Part shown: in pieces, positions 38,802-48,073 of the stretch
Layout of the letters: every line of letters begins with the position of its first letter
How positions within the stretch are numbered: the first letter of the stretch is position 1
Assembly (NCBI GenBank): GCA_965217585.1
Contig: OZ244561.1
Span: 2,112,001-2,176,000, forward strand
Direction: 5' to 3'
DNA from: Candidatus Latescibacterota bacterium
GTDB taxonomy: Bacteria; Latescibacterota; UBA2968; UBA8231
DNA length: 64,000 nucleotides
Position numbers and translations under genes: made by a program
The notes under the pieces: generated by a model
Seen by the model: the letters and a program-made list of their open reading frames with translations, nothing else
Databases searched by the model: none
Told to the model about the DNA's origin: nothing

Positions 38802-40256
38802 GTGAGCAACAATCCCTACACTTACGACCTCGTCTGCATTGGCAGCGGCCCCGCTGGCCAGCGCGCCGCCATTCAAGCAGCCAAATTAGGTAAAAAAGTC
38901 GCCGTAGTCGAAAAGCAACAAATCGTCGGCGGCGTCTGTATTGAGACCGGCACGATCCCCTCAAAGACCTTCCGCGAAGCCGTCCAGCGCGCCTATGCGC
39001 GCCCTGGCTTGGAAGCCCACGAGCAATTCCGCCCCCGAGCGCGGCCGACCATGCAGCAACTGGTCGCTCACGTCGAGCGCGTCATCGAGCGCGAGATCTT
39101 CGTCGTCCAGGAGAATCTGTCGCGCAACGACATCGAGGTCATTCGGGGCCGCGCCTCGTTTGTCGATCCGCACACCGTTCAGGTTGAATCCCTCGAAGGT
39201 CGGCGCAAGTTGTCGGTGGACAAGGTACTCATCGCCGTGGGTACGCGCACCAGCAATCCGCCCGATCTGTCGCCAGACGGCCGGACGATTATGACCTCAG
39301 ACCACGTCCTTGACCTAGCGCGCTTGCCGCGCAACATCGCCGTGGTCGGTGCCGGAGTCGTCGGCATTGAGTATGCGTCGATGTTCGCCGCGTTGGGAGT
39401 CCAAGTGACGGTCATTGACCGCCGCCCACGCCCGCTCGAATTCCTCGATCACGAGATCGTCGATGAACTCATCCACCAGATGCGCAAGGCCGATGTGACC
39501 TTTCGCTGCGGGGAAGCGGTCGAGCACATCGAAGTGGTCCAGGTGCCCCAGCCCAAGGGCCTCATCGAACTGGAGTCGGGCAAGCACATCGTCGCCGATG
39601 TGGTACTGTTTTCCGCCGGCCGCATCGGCGACACCGACGCGCTCAACCTCGAAGCCGTGGGCTTGCAAGCGGATGACCGGGGGCGTCTGAAGGTAGATGA
39701 GCACCACTGCACAGGGGTGGACAACATCTACGCGGCGGGCGATGTCATTGGCTTTCCCGCGCTGGCGGCAACCTCCAGCGAGCAGGGCCGCTTGGCCGCG
39801 TGCCACATGTTCGGAGTGGAGGCGCAGCCGATGGGCAGCCACTTTCCCGTGGGCATCTACGCGATTCCAGAGATTTCCATGGTGGGGGCGACGGAGGCAG
39901 AACTCACCCGCGAGCGCGTACCGTATGAAACGGGCATTGCCCACTACAAGGAGATCTCGCGCGGGCAGATCCTCGGCGACGACTCGGGCATGGTCAAGCT
40001 GATTTTCCACCGCGAGGACGGCCGTCTGCTCGGTGCGCATTGCATTGGCACGGGTGCTACCGAGTTGGTTCACGTGGGGCAGGCGGTGTTGGGACTGGGC
40101 GGCGGCCTCGACTACTTTATTCGCACGGTGTTCAATTATCCCACCTTGGCCGAGTGCTACAAAGTGGCCGCCTTCAACGCGGCCAACAAGCTCGCCTTAG
40201 TGCGCAGTGCGGTCATAACGCAAGAGGCCGCTACGGCCGTCGCCGTGGACTCCTAA
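38802..40256 (+). CDS. sthA: Soluble (Si-specific) NAD(P)+ transhydrogenase
   Basis: GSGPAGQ, GGVCIETGTIPSKT, VFNYPTLAECYK; GTG start with GGAGG RBS. Confidence 0.93.
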   Translation: MSNNPYTYDLVCIGSGPAGQRAAIQAAKLGKKVAVVEKQQIVGGVCIETGTIPSKTFREAVQRAYARPGLEAHEQFRPRARPTMQQLVAHVERVIEREIFVVQENLSRNDIEVIRGRASFVDPHTVQVESLEGRRKLSVDKVLIAVGTRTSNPPDLSPDGRTIMTSDHVLDLARLPRNIAVVGAGVVGIEYASMFAALGVQVTVIDRRPRPLEFLDHEIVDELIHQMRKADVTFRCGEAVEHIEVVQVPQPKGLIELESGKHIVADVVLFSAGRIGDTDALNLEAVGLQADDRGRLKVDEHHCTGVDNIYAAGDVIGFPALAATSSEQGRLAACHMFGVEAQPMGSHFPVGIYAIPEISMVGATEAELTRERVPYETGIAHYKEISRGQILGDDSGMVKLIFHREDGRLLGAHCIGTGATELVHVGQAVLGLGGGLDYFIRTVFNYPTLAECYKVAAFNAANKLALVRSAVITQEAATAVAVDS

Positions 40257-40290
40257 GCGGGCCGGTATAGTTATCACCACCTCAACTTCC

Positions 40291-40947
40291 CTGCGCGCCG
40301 TCGTCTTTGACATGGACGGTCTCATGCTCGACACCGAGCCTTTGTATCAGGCTGCTTGGCAACGAGCCGCGGCGGCGTTGGGTTACTTCTTGGACGACGA
40401 GTTCTATCTGACCTTGATTGGCACTCCCACCAAGGAAGCCCTAAAAAAGGTAGGTGCCTACTTTGGCCCCGCTTTTCCCTTGCAGCGCTTTACCGAGTTG
40501 GGTGCAGACCAATGGTACCGGCAAGTGGAAGAACACGGCATTGATACCAAGCCCGGCCTGCTGCCCTTGCTCGACCAACTTGAGGCGACGGCCGTCCCCA
40601 GAGCAGTGGCTACTTCTTCCAGCGCCAAGCAGGCCGCGGAGACCTTGGAAGCGGGCGGTTTGGCGGGCCGCTTTGCCCACCTTGTTACCAGCGACCAAGT
40701 CGCCCTCGGCAAACCAGCCCCTGATCTCTACTTGGAGGCTGCCCGCCGCTTGGGTTTGCCCCCGGCTGCTTGTATCGCCCTAGAGGATTCGGAAGCTGGA
40801 GTCCAATCGGCCTCCACTGCGGGAATGACCGTGCTCATGGTGCCCGACCTCAAAGCACCTTCGCCCCAAGCCGGGGCCCAAGCGTACAAAATCCTGCCCT
40901 CGCTGCACCAAGCCGCTCCTTTGATTGCCGACTTGTTGGCGCACTAA
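40291..40947 (+). CDS. HAD-family phosphatase; start uncertain and non-canonical
   Basis: LRAVVFDMDGLMLDTE, VATSS, KPAPD, EDSEAG. Confidence 0.85.
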   Translation: MRAVVFDMDGLMLDTEPLYQAAWQRAAAALGYFLDDEFYLTLIGTPTKEALKKVGAYFGPAFPLQRFTELGADQWYRQVEEHGIDTKPGLLPLLDQLEATAVPRAVATSSSAKQAAETLEAGGLAGRFAHLVTSDQVALGKPAPDLYLEAARRLGLPPAACIALEDSEAGVQSASTAGMTVLMVPDLKAPSPQAGAQAYKILPSLHQAAPLIADLLAH

Positions 40948-40993
40948 TCAGAGTGCGCTGGGACGCTTGGCCTTAATCATCGATACAACAATG

Positions 40994-41013
40994 CGGCCCC
41001 AATACTGGGGCCG
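40994..41013. terminator. GC hairpin between convergent genes
   Basis: CGGCCCCA-ATAC-TGGGGCCG; no strong U tract. Confidence 0.45.
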
Positions 41014-41018
41014 GACAG

Positions 41019-41849
41019 CTAGGCTTGTTGCGATCTGTTTTCTTCGAGCCAACCGACCGTGAAGTCCACGACGTCTCGTTGTGGCATGAGCTGGCAATCT
41101 GCAAGACCAACCCGGCCGCGGCGGACCGCGTGGCCTGCCTCTGATCGCAGAAAGTCTTCGCCGATGCGATCAAAATCTGAACTATCGATGTCAACATCTT
41201 CAAAGGTAGCCCATCTCCGCGAACCCGACGGAGAGATTGGCGCGCCCTGCTGGATGACGCGTTTGGTTGGAAAAGTCGCCCGATGTTCCGCAAGGTGCAT
41301 GGACGTATTATTTCCATGATCCACACCGAGAAGAAGGACAAAGCCGTGCAGATCGTAAATTCTCGCAAGCGGCGAATGCTCACCCATACCAAAGGCCAAT
41401 GAGTGATTATCGGTGATGCGCGATGCTTGGGGTCCACATGCACAAAACGAGACCTGCGGATGTACGCTGCGGAGAACGTCTCGCTGCTTGCGGAATGTCT
41501 CCGCGATAATGCCCATGGAACGAGTGGGGGTAAGCACTGGATCGTAGGCCGGCATGTTTTCGCGTATTACCGGCCACCACGACTTGGGGACGGGCGGACT
41601 TTCCCATCCGCTCGGTTCAGTCAGGTCGGGCGAGTGGGCGGGCATCACAAGCGTTCCAGCCGAGCCCAAGGCTTCCTGCAGGGCAACGATGACCGCTACA
41701 GCTCCTCCGCACACCCATCCCATTGCACTCAAGGACGAATGCACCAACACGACCATCCCCGGTTTGACGCCAAGCGCACGGAGGTCAGCCTGTAACGATT
41801 TGACTGTGGCGGGGACTTCTGTTTTTTCAACGATCTTATATTCACTCAT
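41019..41849 (-). CDS. AAC(3) family N-acetyltransferase (YokD-like)
   Basis: VHSSLSAMGWVCGG, GTLVMP, RSVHP, NTSMHLAE. Confidence 0.92.
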   Translation of the reverse strand: MSEYKIVEKTEVPATVKSLQADLRALGVKPGMVVLVHSSLSAMGWVCGGAVAVIVALQEALGSAGTLVMPAHSPDLTEPSGWESPPVPKSWWPVIRENMPAYDPVLTPTRSMGIIAETFRKQRDVLRSVHPQVSFCACGPQASRITDNHSLAFGMGEHSPLARIYDLHGFVLLLGVDHGNNTSMHLAEHRATFPTKRVIQQGAPISPSGSRRWATFEDVDIDSSDFDRIGEDFLRSEAGHAVRRGRVGLADCQLMPQRDVVDFTVGWLEENRSQQA

Positions 41850-41871
41850 TTCTTGCCTTCGTATAAAATTT

Positions 41872-42234
41872 TCAAGAGGTGTGAAAGATTTGGCTAGCAA
41901 AGTTTCGGATACACTCCATTGTATCTGGCGGTATGCTAAAATCGTCGCGAATCTGAATGTAGAGTGCCCCTCGATAGTTCATGTCGAAGTACTTTGATGT
42001 GCGAGCGAAAGGTACTTCGAACCCGACAGGCAAGGCGTCATCTGTTCCAGTGGCAACAAGCCACGTATCTCGTCCTGCAAGAGAGCGTCCGATGTCCTTG
42101 CGAATCTGAAGTAGATCCGTGAGCCTGTCGAGTAGGAGCCGAGTATTGCCGTTGTCCCTAGCGGTGCCGAGGACGAACGCTACTTTCTTAGTGTGTTGCA
42201 CTTGTCTTTCGTATGATCGCTTCAATAAAATCAC
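41872..42234 (-). pseudogene. Internally deleted flavodoxin-like NAD(P)H oxidoreductase
   Basis: GTARDNGNT N-terminus joined directly to LTDLL...GRSLAGR; central PxYW segment missing. Confidence 0.65.
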
Positions 42235-42331
42235 CTTTCAAGTAAAGACTGCATGGAGACGGTTGCGAACGAAATCGCAATCCTCAGGACGGGGTTTATC
42301 TTCGATCGAGATCTGCATCATCTTACTTTAC

Positions 42332-43198
42332 TCAAGCGTCGAATGACAGCGACAATCCGTCAAATGCTACTCTGTAGCCATGTGCTGCGGCATACTCGTC
42401 CAGTTCGTCATGCTCTAGGTATCCTTCGTGTGAGATATGAGTCGCGTAAGCTTCCGCGTTGTCCTTGAGAAGACCGCTGCGCCGAAAGCGATCGACGTGG
42501 CCTATTACGTCAACGGATGCCAGATGATCAGGCGGACTAACGTCAAAGCCGATGCCATACGTGTGATCAAGGACGAGCAAATCGAACTGCGTACCTGCAA
42601 ACAGAAGATGCTCCCAGACCTGCTCTGATAGAATCGAGGTATCAGTACCGTAAAATATGGCGTGCTGGCCTTGCTCGATTGAGTAAAGCAGGCACCCCTT
42701 TTCGGTGCCGTGGTTCGCGGGATACCCCGTGAAGCGGTAATCGCCGCCGACTTGAGCCTTGAACGGCTCGACGGTCAGCAGATTGATCTTCAGGGCGCGC
42801 TGTGTGTCTTGAGCGAAAATACTTCCGTACTCGCATCTTCTGCCCAAAACCTCATCAATAGACCTCAGTGCATCGATTGAACCTGCTAGAAGCATTTCCT
42901 GTGCGACGACCGTTGCATATTCCTCGTGTCTTGACATGAGGAACTCTGGATCAAAGTGGTCCGCGTGGGCATGTGTCAATAGGCAGATACTGATGCCAGT
43001 CAGAGAAACGTCGTGAGCGAATGACGCGGTCGCTATGTCTGGACCAATATCCACTAGTAGGTCATCGTTGATTGCGATAGACGACCGCTTGCGGAGGTTC
43101 TTGCCGGCGGCCCGCCTCGCTTCTGAGCACGCCTGACATACGCAGAAGGGTATTGGCATCGACGGCGCGGCTGATGTTCCGAGAAACGTCACTTGCAA
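42332..43198 (-). CDS. MBL-fold metallo-hydrolase (PhnP-like)
   Basis: FLGTSA, PFCVCQAC, THAHADH, THISH. Confidence 0.9.
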   Translation of the reverse strand: MQVTFLGTSAAPSMPIPFCVCQACSEARRAAGKNLRKRSSIAINDDLLVDIGPDIATASFAHDVSLTGISICLLTHAHADHFDPEFLMSRHEEYATVVAQEMLLAGSIDALRSIDEVLGRRCEYGSIFAQDTQRALKINLLTVEPFKAQVGGDYRFTGYPANHGTEKGCLLYSIEQGQHAIFYGTDTSILSEQVWEHLLFAGTQFDLLVLDHTYGIGFDVSPPDHLASVDVIGHVDRFRRSGLLKDNAEAYATHISHEGYLEHDELDEYAAAHGYRVAFDGLSLSFDA

Positions 43199-43201
43199 AG
43201 C

Positions 43202-43963
43202 TTAGTCGGTCTCCGTCGTGGTGCAGAAACAAAGCTGATGTCTAGAGTCCGGCCCAAAGGCGTCTCGGTCCCAGTTCCCGAACTTCTCGTTGATCCTTAT
43301 TCCATTGTACTTTAGCAGGGCATCCAGTTCCTGCGGGAAATACATCCTGAGATTCAGACCGCCAACGATCTCATCAGAGTCCTCTCTGTAGTGCACCATG
43401 CGCGCGATCTGGGTGTCTGCTTCGTACCTATATGACTGCGTCACTTGCACCTCTTGTCCAGTTTCATCGTCTGTGTAGCGAGAGAATGGATACCGTCTGC
43501 TTGGGTCGCGATTGAGGATCTCTAGCCCAGGGACAAAGACGTCCAAAATGAAGTAACCACCCGGAGCGAGATGACGCTGCACGCAGCGAATGCACTCCTC
43601 GAAATCCGCTAGGTCATGCAGATGCCATAGTGCGTTGTATAGTAGCAAGATCGACCCATACTGCCTACCGATGTCAAAGCGGCGTATATCGTCGCGGATC
43701 CATTCGACCTTCACCTGTCTGCCGTCGGCCTTTGACCTAGCAAGGCTAAGCATCGGCTCCGAATAGTCGATCCCAGTGACTTCAAGGCCGTGCTCTGCCA
43801 AGGGGATCGCTATCCGGCCCGTTCCACAGGCCAGCTCAAGGACCCTCTCGCGGGAGGCGAGCTCAGCCAGAAACCAATCTGGAAGTGTAGCATACGCGCC
43901 GTAGTACTGGTCGTATTTGGCTGGGGCCAGATAGTCTGCGTCGATGGATTCTTCTTTTCTCAT
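43202..43963 (-). CDS. Class I SAM-dependent methyltransferase
   Basis: VLELACGTGRI, HLAPGGYFILD, RMYFPQEL. Confidence 0.92.
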   Translation of the reverse strand: MRKEESIDADYLAPAKYDQYYGAYATLPDWFLAELASRERVLELACGTGRIAIPLAEHGLEVTGIDYSEPMLSLARSKADGRQVKVEWIRDDIRRFDIGRQYGSILLLYNALWHLHDLADFEECIRCVQRHLAPGGYFILDVFVPGLEILNRDPSRRYPFSRYTDDETGQEVQVTQSYRYEADTQIARMVHYREDSDEIVGGLNLRMYFPQELDALLKYNGIRINEKFGNWDRDAFGPDSRHQLCFCTTTETD

Positions 43964-44166
43964 TTCAGATATCGTTGTGCCGTTGGGCGCAGTTATGTCC
44001 TACACTTTGCGTGCAACAAGCCGCACAAATGTTAAGTCTTTGTCCTTATCAGCCATCAGAAGATCCAAATCTCCGGATCGTACTTGGAAGCCAATGGAAA
44101 CCGCCCTCGGGAAAGAGGATGCTTCCCGTTTGCCAACACTGAATTCAATGTGTCTCTCCTATGCCG

Positions 44167-44685
44167 TTAGATAGTAGACAAGTCGCGCCGGAAGCGGATT
44201 TGTCGCCCTTCATCTCGGACGCCACCATCGCGGCACCACCCCATGGCCTCGTAGAAAGCGATTCCGTGCTCGTAGCCTTCTACAGTCCACACTATCGCCT
44301 CATCGTAGCCGTCTGCAACCAGATAACGCAAAGCGACAGACATCAACGCCCTGCCAATACCTGTACGCCAGTACGACGGATAGACAGCGATAGTATCAAG
44401 TTCGCCGAGGCGTGCATCCACCGGATCTCGGCTGGGTCCAATACCGACGAACCCTACAGTTGAACCCATACGCTCGGCTACCCACCAACGATGAGGGACA
44501 GGCTGAGCAAGATCGTAGCGCCAGCGTTCAGTAAGGGCTGGCGTCACAGTTCTATTGGCCTGCGATAGCAGTGCGCCAAATCCAGCGTTCCACGAATCGA
44601 TATAAATTCGCGCTACAATCTCGGCGTCAGCGGACGTAGCTGATCGGATCGTTGGTGGTAATTCTCGTGTCTTGTCTGGTCCCAT
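44167..44685 (-). CDS. GNAT N-acetyltransferase
   Basis: IRSAT, WRTGIGRALM, FYEAMGW; stop codon lies inside ATCTAAC. Confidence 0.9.
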   Translation of the reverse strand: MGPDKTRELPPTIRSATSADAEIVARIYIDSWNAGFGALLSQANRTVTPALTERWRYDLAQPVPHRWWVAERMGSTVGFVGIGPSRDPVDARLGELDTIAVYPSYWRTGIGRALMSVALRYLVADGYDEAIVWTVEGYEHGIAFYEAMGWCRDGGVRDEGRQIRFRRDLSTI

Positions 44686-44711
44686 CTGATTGCTATTGGT
44701 GATTCATCCTA

Positions 44712-44775
44712 TGTCAAAGTTTGGCCGGTTTGCTAACCGCGAACCGATTGCCGAGGCCAAGGCGCGAGCAGCGCC
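44712..44775 (-). repeat. Degenerate attC-like site (R' half plus loop)
   Basis: GTTTGGCCGGTTTGCTAACCGCGAACCGATTGC...AAGGCGCGAGCAGCGCC resembles 55267-55318. Confidence 0.55.
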
Positions 44776-44835
44776 GTAGCGCAAAGCGTGTCACGGAATG
44801 ATCAGATGCTCTTCGCGGATTGACCTGACACATTA

Positions 44836-45255
44836 TTAAGTTCGGTGTTGGGAAAATAGCCAGGGCAAAAGTTCGGGTTCCTTATAGGCGCGTAGAAGAT
44901 CGCCGTGAGATGTACCCTCATATTCCGTATACCTGGGATTTCCTCCTGCACTCCTAATCACAGCGATCATATCTCTGGTGTATTTGACCTTCATCACGGG
45001 GTCGCCGTCGACGTGGAAAGCCCAGATCGATTTACCGACCATCCGGTCTGCCCATTCGGTACGCCCCCAGCCCCCTATCGGGACTGCCGCCGCGAAGAGA
45101 TTAGGGACTCGCATGATGAGGTCCCAGACTCCGTGTGCGCCCATCGAATGCCCGATGACATAACAGCGGTCCGGGTCAATGGAGAAACGCCGCTGGAGGA
45201 CGGGGATGAGTTCCAGTATAGCCAGAATCGCGGCAGTCGGCTCGGCAGTGAACAT
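44836..45255 (-). pseudogene. N-terminally truncated alpha/beta hydrolase (COG4099 predicted peptidase)
   Basis: GHSMG nucleophile elbow, AAAVPIGG, WAFH; N-terminal half absent. Confidence 0.7.
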
Positions 45256-45326
45256 AACTATCGATATTCACGCCAGAGAATTCGTTATTCATATGGCATG
45301 CGATAATAGGGTAACTCTCGAATTTC

Positions 45327-45357
45327 CATTAACGTTTTCGCCGTGCCAGAACTGCGA
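45327..45357 (-). repeat. attC-like half site (R' end)
   Basis: CATTAACGTTTTCGCCGTGCCAGAACTGCGA near-identical to 55260-55290. Confidence 0.7.
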
Positions 45358-45396
45358 GGTGCCACCTGTACTGCAACAGGTGGCTGCGAAAAAAGA

Positions 45397-46185
45397 CTAT
45401 TGCCGACGCTTCAGCAGGAATATCATTTCGGGTGCCTCGGGCCCTATTGGTCGCCGATCAAATGATCCGAATTCTCCTACACTCTCAAGACCGGCAGCGC
45501 AGAAAAGCAACTTGAGGTGAGGATACGTATAGAAACTCATCTTCAATGGCTGCACTTCCTCAGACAGAACTTTATCAACTTCACACAAGCGGAAGATAAA
45601 CCTGCCCGAGAAATTCAGATTGATCAGGTCAATCTCGTCCTTTACAAAGTACCGGCGGAACATCCGGTCAGTCCCATCTTGTGCAGGCCACTCCAGGTCC
45701 AAGTATTCTTCGCCGACACCCGATAGAATTTTGTCGAAACTAGGATTGAATACATCAAACGCGAGGATACCGCCATCTGCCAAGTGTCTCCCGGCGTTTT
45801 TCAGGGCCGCTAGTTGATCTTCCGTAGTGTACATATGCTGCATGGGTCTGAACGGAATTACTACCAAGGAAAATTGATCACCCAAATAATGGGTGCGAAA
45901 ATCTCCCTCTATAACTCGTGTTCTCCGTCGTACGCTCCCACGTTCCTTGGCGAGCTTGGTGCGCAAGACCTCCAGCATTGAATGAGAAGCATCTATCCCC
46001 GTGACATCAACACCTTGTCGCGCCAGCGGCAAGGTGATTCTCCCAGTGCCGCAGCCAAACTCGAGGACCGGTCCACCATACTCATTGGCTAGATCGAGAT
46101 AGAAGTCCCTGTCCACCAAATCTTCCTTGACGCTGTATGCCGCGTCGTAATGTTTCGCTCCCGAACCATAGGAATCATCAATCAT
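45397..46185 (-). CDS. Class I SAM-dependent methyltransferase
   Basis: GPVLEFGCGTGRI, HLADGGILAFD. Confidence 0.92.
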   Translation of the reverse strand: MIDDSYGSGAKHYDAAYSVKEDLVDRDFYLDLANEYGGPVLEFGCGTGRITLPLARQGVDVTGIDASHSMLEVLRTKLAKERGSVRRRTRVIEGDFRTHYLGDQFSLVVIPFRPMQHMYTTEDQLAALKNAGRHLADGGILAFDVFNPSFDKILSGVGEEYLDLEWPAQDGTDRMFRRYFVKDEIDLINLNFSGRFIFRLCEVDKVLSEEVQPLKMSFYTYPHLKLLFCAAGLESVGEFGSFDRRPIGPEAPEMIFLLKRRQ

Positions 46186-46395
46186 TGTGAGTTACCTATC
46201 GTCGTATTGTTAGGGTCAATCCATCCTGAATCAACTTGACCAATTTTCGCTATGATCGAGCGCAAATCCGGATCTGAAAACTGATCTGTCTAGTCTTAAT
46301 GAACTACATTATCTCATTGAAGTATTCGATTATCTCACTGGAATTCAAGGCAGGCGCGTTGTGATTCCAGTGTCGACATGGTATTCTGCACTTTC

Positions 46396-46425
46396 GCTTA
46401 GCGTTTCGCCGGTTTGCGAACCGCG
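46396..46425 (-). repeat. Degenerate attC-like half site
   Basis: GCTTAGCGTTTCGCCGGTTTGCGAACCGCG; AAC core appears as AGC. Confidence 0.55.
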
Positions 46426-46429
46426 CGGA

Positions 46430-46792
46430 TCACGCCTTCTTCAGCGACACGAAATACTCCTCGAAGCCCAACTTGTGCCAGAAGCGTTTCCCGCTTGGGT
46501 TAGTCGCCAACACGTCCAACGAAACCTCTCTCCCGAGAAATCGCTCGTCCGCCAAGAGTTGGTAAGCCGCACTGCCTACGCCTTGTCCACGATGGGGCCG
46601 ATCAATGAAGAACTGACGGAGGTAAACGACTTCTTGGTCCGGATAGTAATAATCGCCCTGAAATTTGTAGACCGCGTAGCCTAGTATGACCCCGTTGGGA
46701 TCTATGAACAGGGCTATCTCCCATTCGTCGCCATCCAACCAAGCCTTAAGCCGTTGATGATACTCAACCGGCGAAAAGGGATTTCTGCTCCC
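46430..46792 (-). pseudogene. GNAT acetyltransferase, N-terminally truncated
   Basis: YLRQFFIDRPHRGQGVG, FWHKLGF; 5' end overlaps a NUDIX remnant; boundary approximate. Confidence 0.7.
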
Positions 46793-47045
46793 CTGTTGGT
46801 GAGAATGCCGTCTTGGGGACGGAGGCCCGAGAATCCAGCCGCAAGAAACGTGCCCCCTTTGGAATGCCTGCTTCCTCTTCCGCCTCACGCCGTGCGGTTT
46901 GCTCTGCCGTCTCATCGTCTTCGGCACCCCCTGCAATGAACTGCCACATAGAGTCATCCGCCCGATGGAAGACGGCAAACTGGTATCCGACATTCTCACT
47001 CTCTCTGAATGGTATCACGATCACTTGTAGGGGTTGCCTTGCCAT
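46764..47045 (-). pseudogene. NUDIX hydrolase, C-terminally truncated
   Basis: Nudix box GGAEDDETAEQTARREAEEEAGI; only 93 aa. Confidence 0.75.
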
Positions 47046-47046
47046 G

Positions 47047-47748
47047 CTAACTGTTCTCGCGGGTTGAGTCGCTCAGATCCAAAGCCAGACGCGCCCCCTG
47101 CTCAAATCCCCATTTGAGGCGTGCCTCAAGGAGCCCACGGCCGAAGCCCTGACCCCGATGCTTGGGATCAACCAGCAAATCAAAGAGCCCCATGATTGAG
47201 CCCGAAACAACTGCGCGGGCGCAGCCTACGGATTTGCCATCAGTCCGGGCGATAACATAGGCCGAAGGAGTGGGGATCGCGTTGAGCAAACTGCGAAATA
47301 CCTCAGAGTGCTGACTGCGACCGGACAGACGTCTCCAGGTTTCGAGCCATTCATCTGTTGCACATTCGTCTAGCGTTATGGCAGAGGAACTAGCGGAACG
47401 GGCCTCAAGCCGCTTGGTTTGAACCAGTGTATCGGCGTCTCTAGCGTACTGAAGCTGTGCCAAGGTCTCGTCCAAATTCCCAGGTTGACAGGCAGGAACA
47501 ATCTTGCAAAGACAAGGTAGCGAAGCCCGCGCGTACGCAGCTTCACAATGAAACAGCTTCTCTTGAAGCGGGGTTGTGGATCCATACAGCGGGACTACGC
47601 AGTTGGCCCGGCGACTGTATCCCCCAGACATTCGAACGATCCAGCCGTCGTAGAATTCTGTTTTCAGCGCGGGTAGCCCGTTCAGCGCCGCCTCTTCCAG
47701 CGCTACTACAAGCTCTGAACTGTTCGTTGAATCAAGTACTATCGTCAT
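47047..47748 (-). pseudogene. Tandem-domain GNAT acetyltransferase, probably C-terminally truncated
   Basis: YDGWIVR, GYSRRAN, HRGQGFGR; final motif B missing. Confidence 0.7.
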
Positions 47749-47762
47749 AGGTTTCGGTCTGC

Positions 47763-47942
47763 CTATTTGGTATTGGACTCGGCCACCCCAAGCCAGATCG
47801 AATCCTCATGCTGGATCCGATCAAAGACGGCGTCGAACTCTTGTCTCTCCACCTCGAACGAGGTGACGAAGTCCCTGGCAAGACGAAATACCGAGTCGCG
47901 ATCCGAATTCTCAGCTAGCCGAATAGATGGATTCGAGGTCAT
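47763..47942 (-). pseudogene. GNAT N-terminal fragment (59 aa)
   Basis: Own translation: MTSNPSIRLAENSDRDSVFRLARDFVTSFEVE...LGVAE then stop. Confidence 0.55.
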
Positions 47943-47957
47943 AATTGCTCATGCATT

Positions 47958-47982
47958 GCGCAAAACGCGTTGTTACACGACG
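47958..47982 (-). repeat. attC-like half site (R'' end)
   Basis: GCAAAACGCGTTGTTACACGACG resembles GCAAAACGAGTTGTTAAGCGAAG at 55903. Confidence 0.6.
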
Positions 47983-48073
47983 TTGGCTCTCTCTCCTACA
48001 AATACGCTTGAGCCAACTCCAGAAGCTCCTCCCAGCTCCTAACCTCTGCATCAACAGGGATATCCGCATGCTT

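Noticed and set aside
41019-41849. Proven aminoglycoside resistance gene
   Set aside because: Looks like the widespread YokD-type AAC(3) homologs; substrate cannot be inferred from sequence
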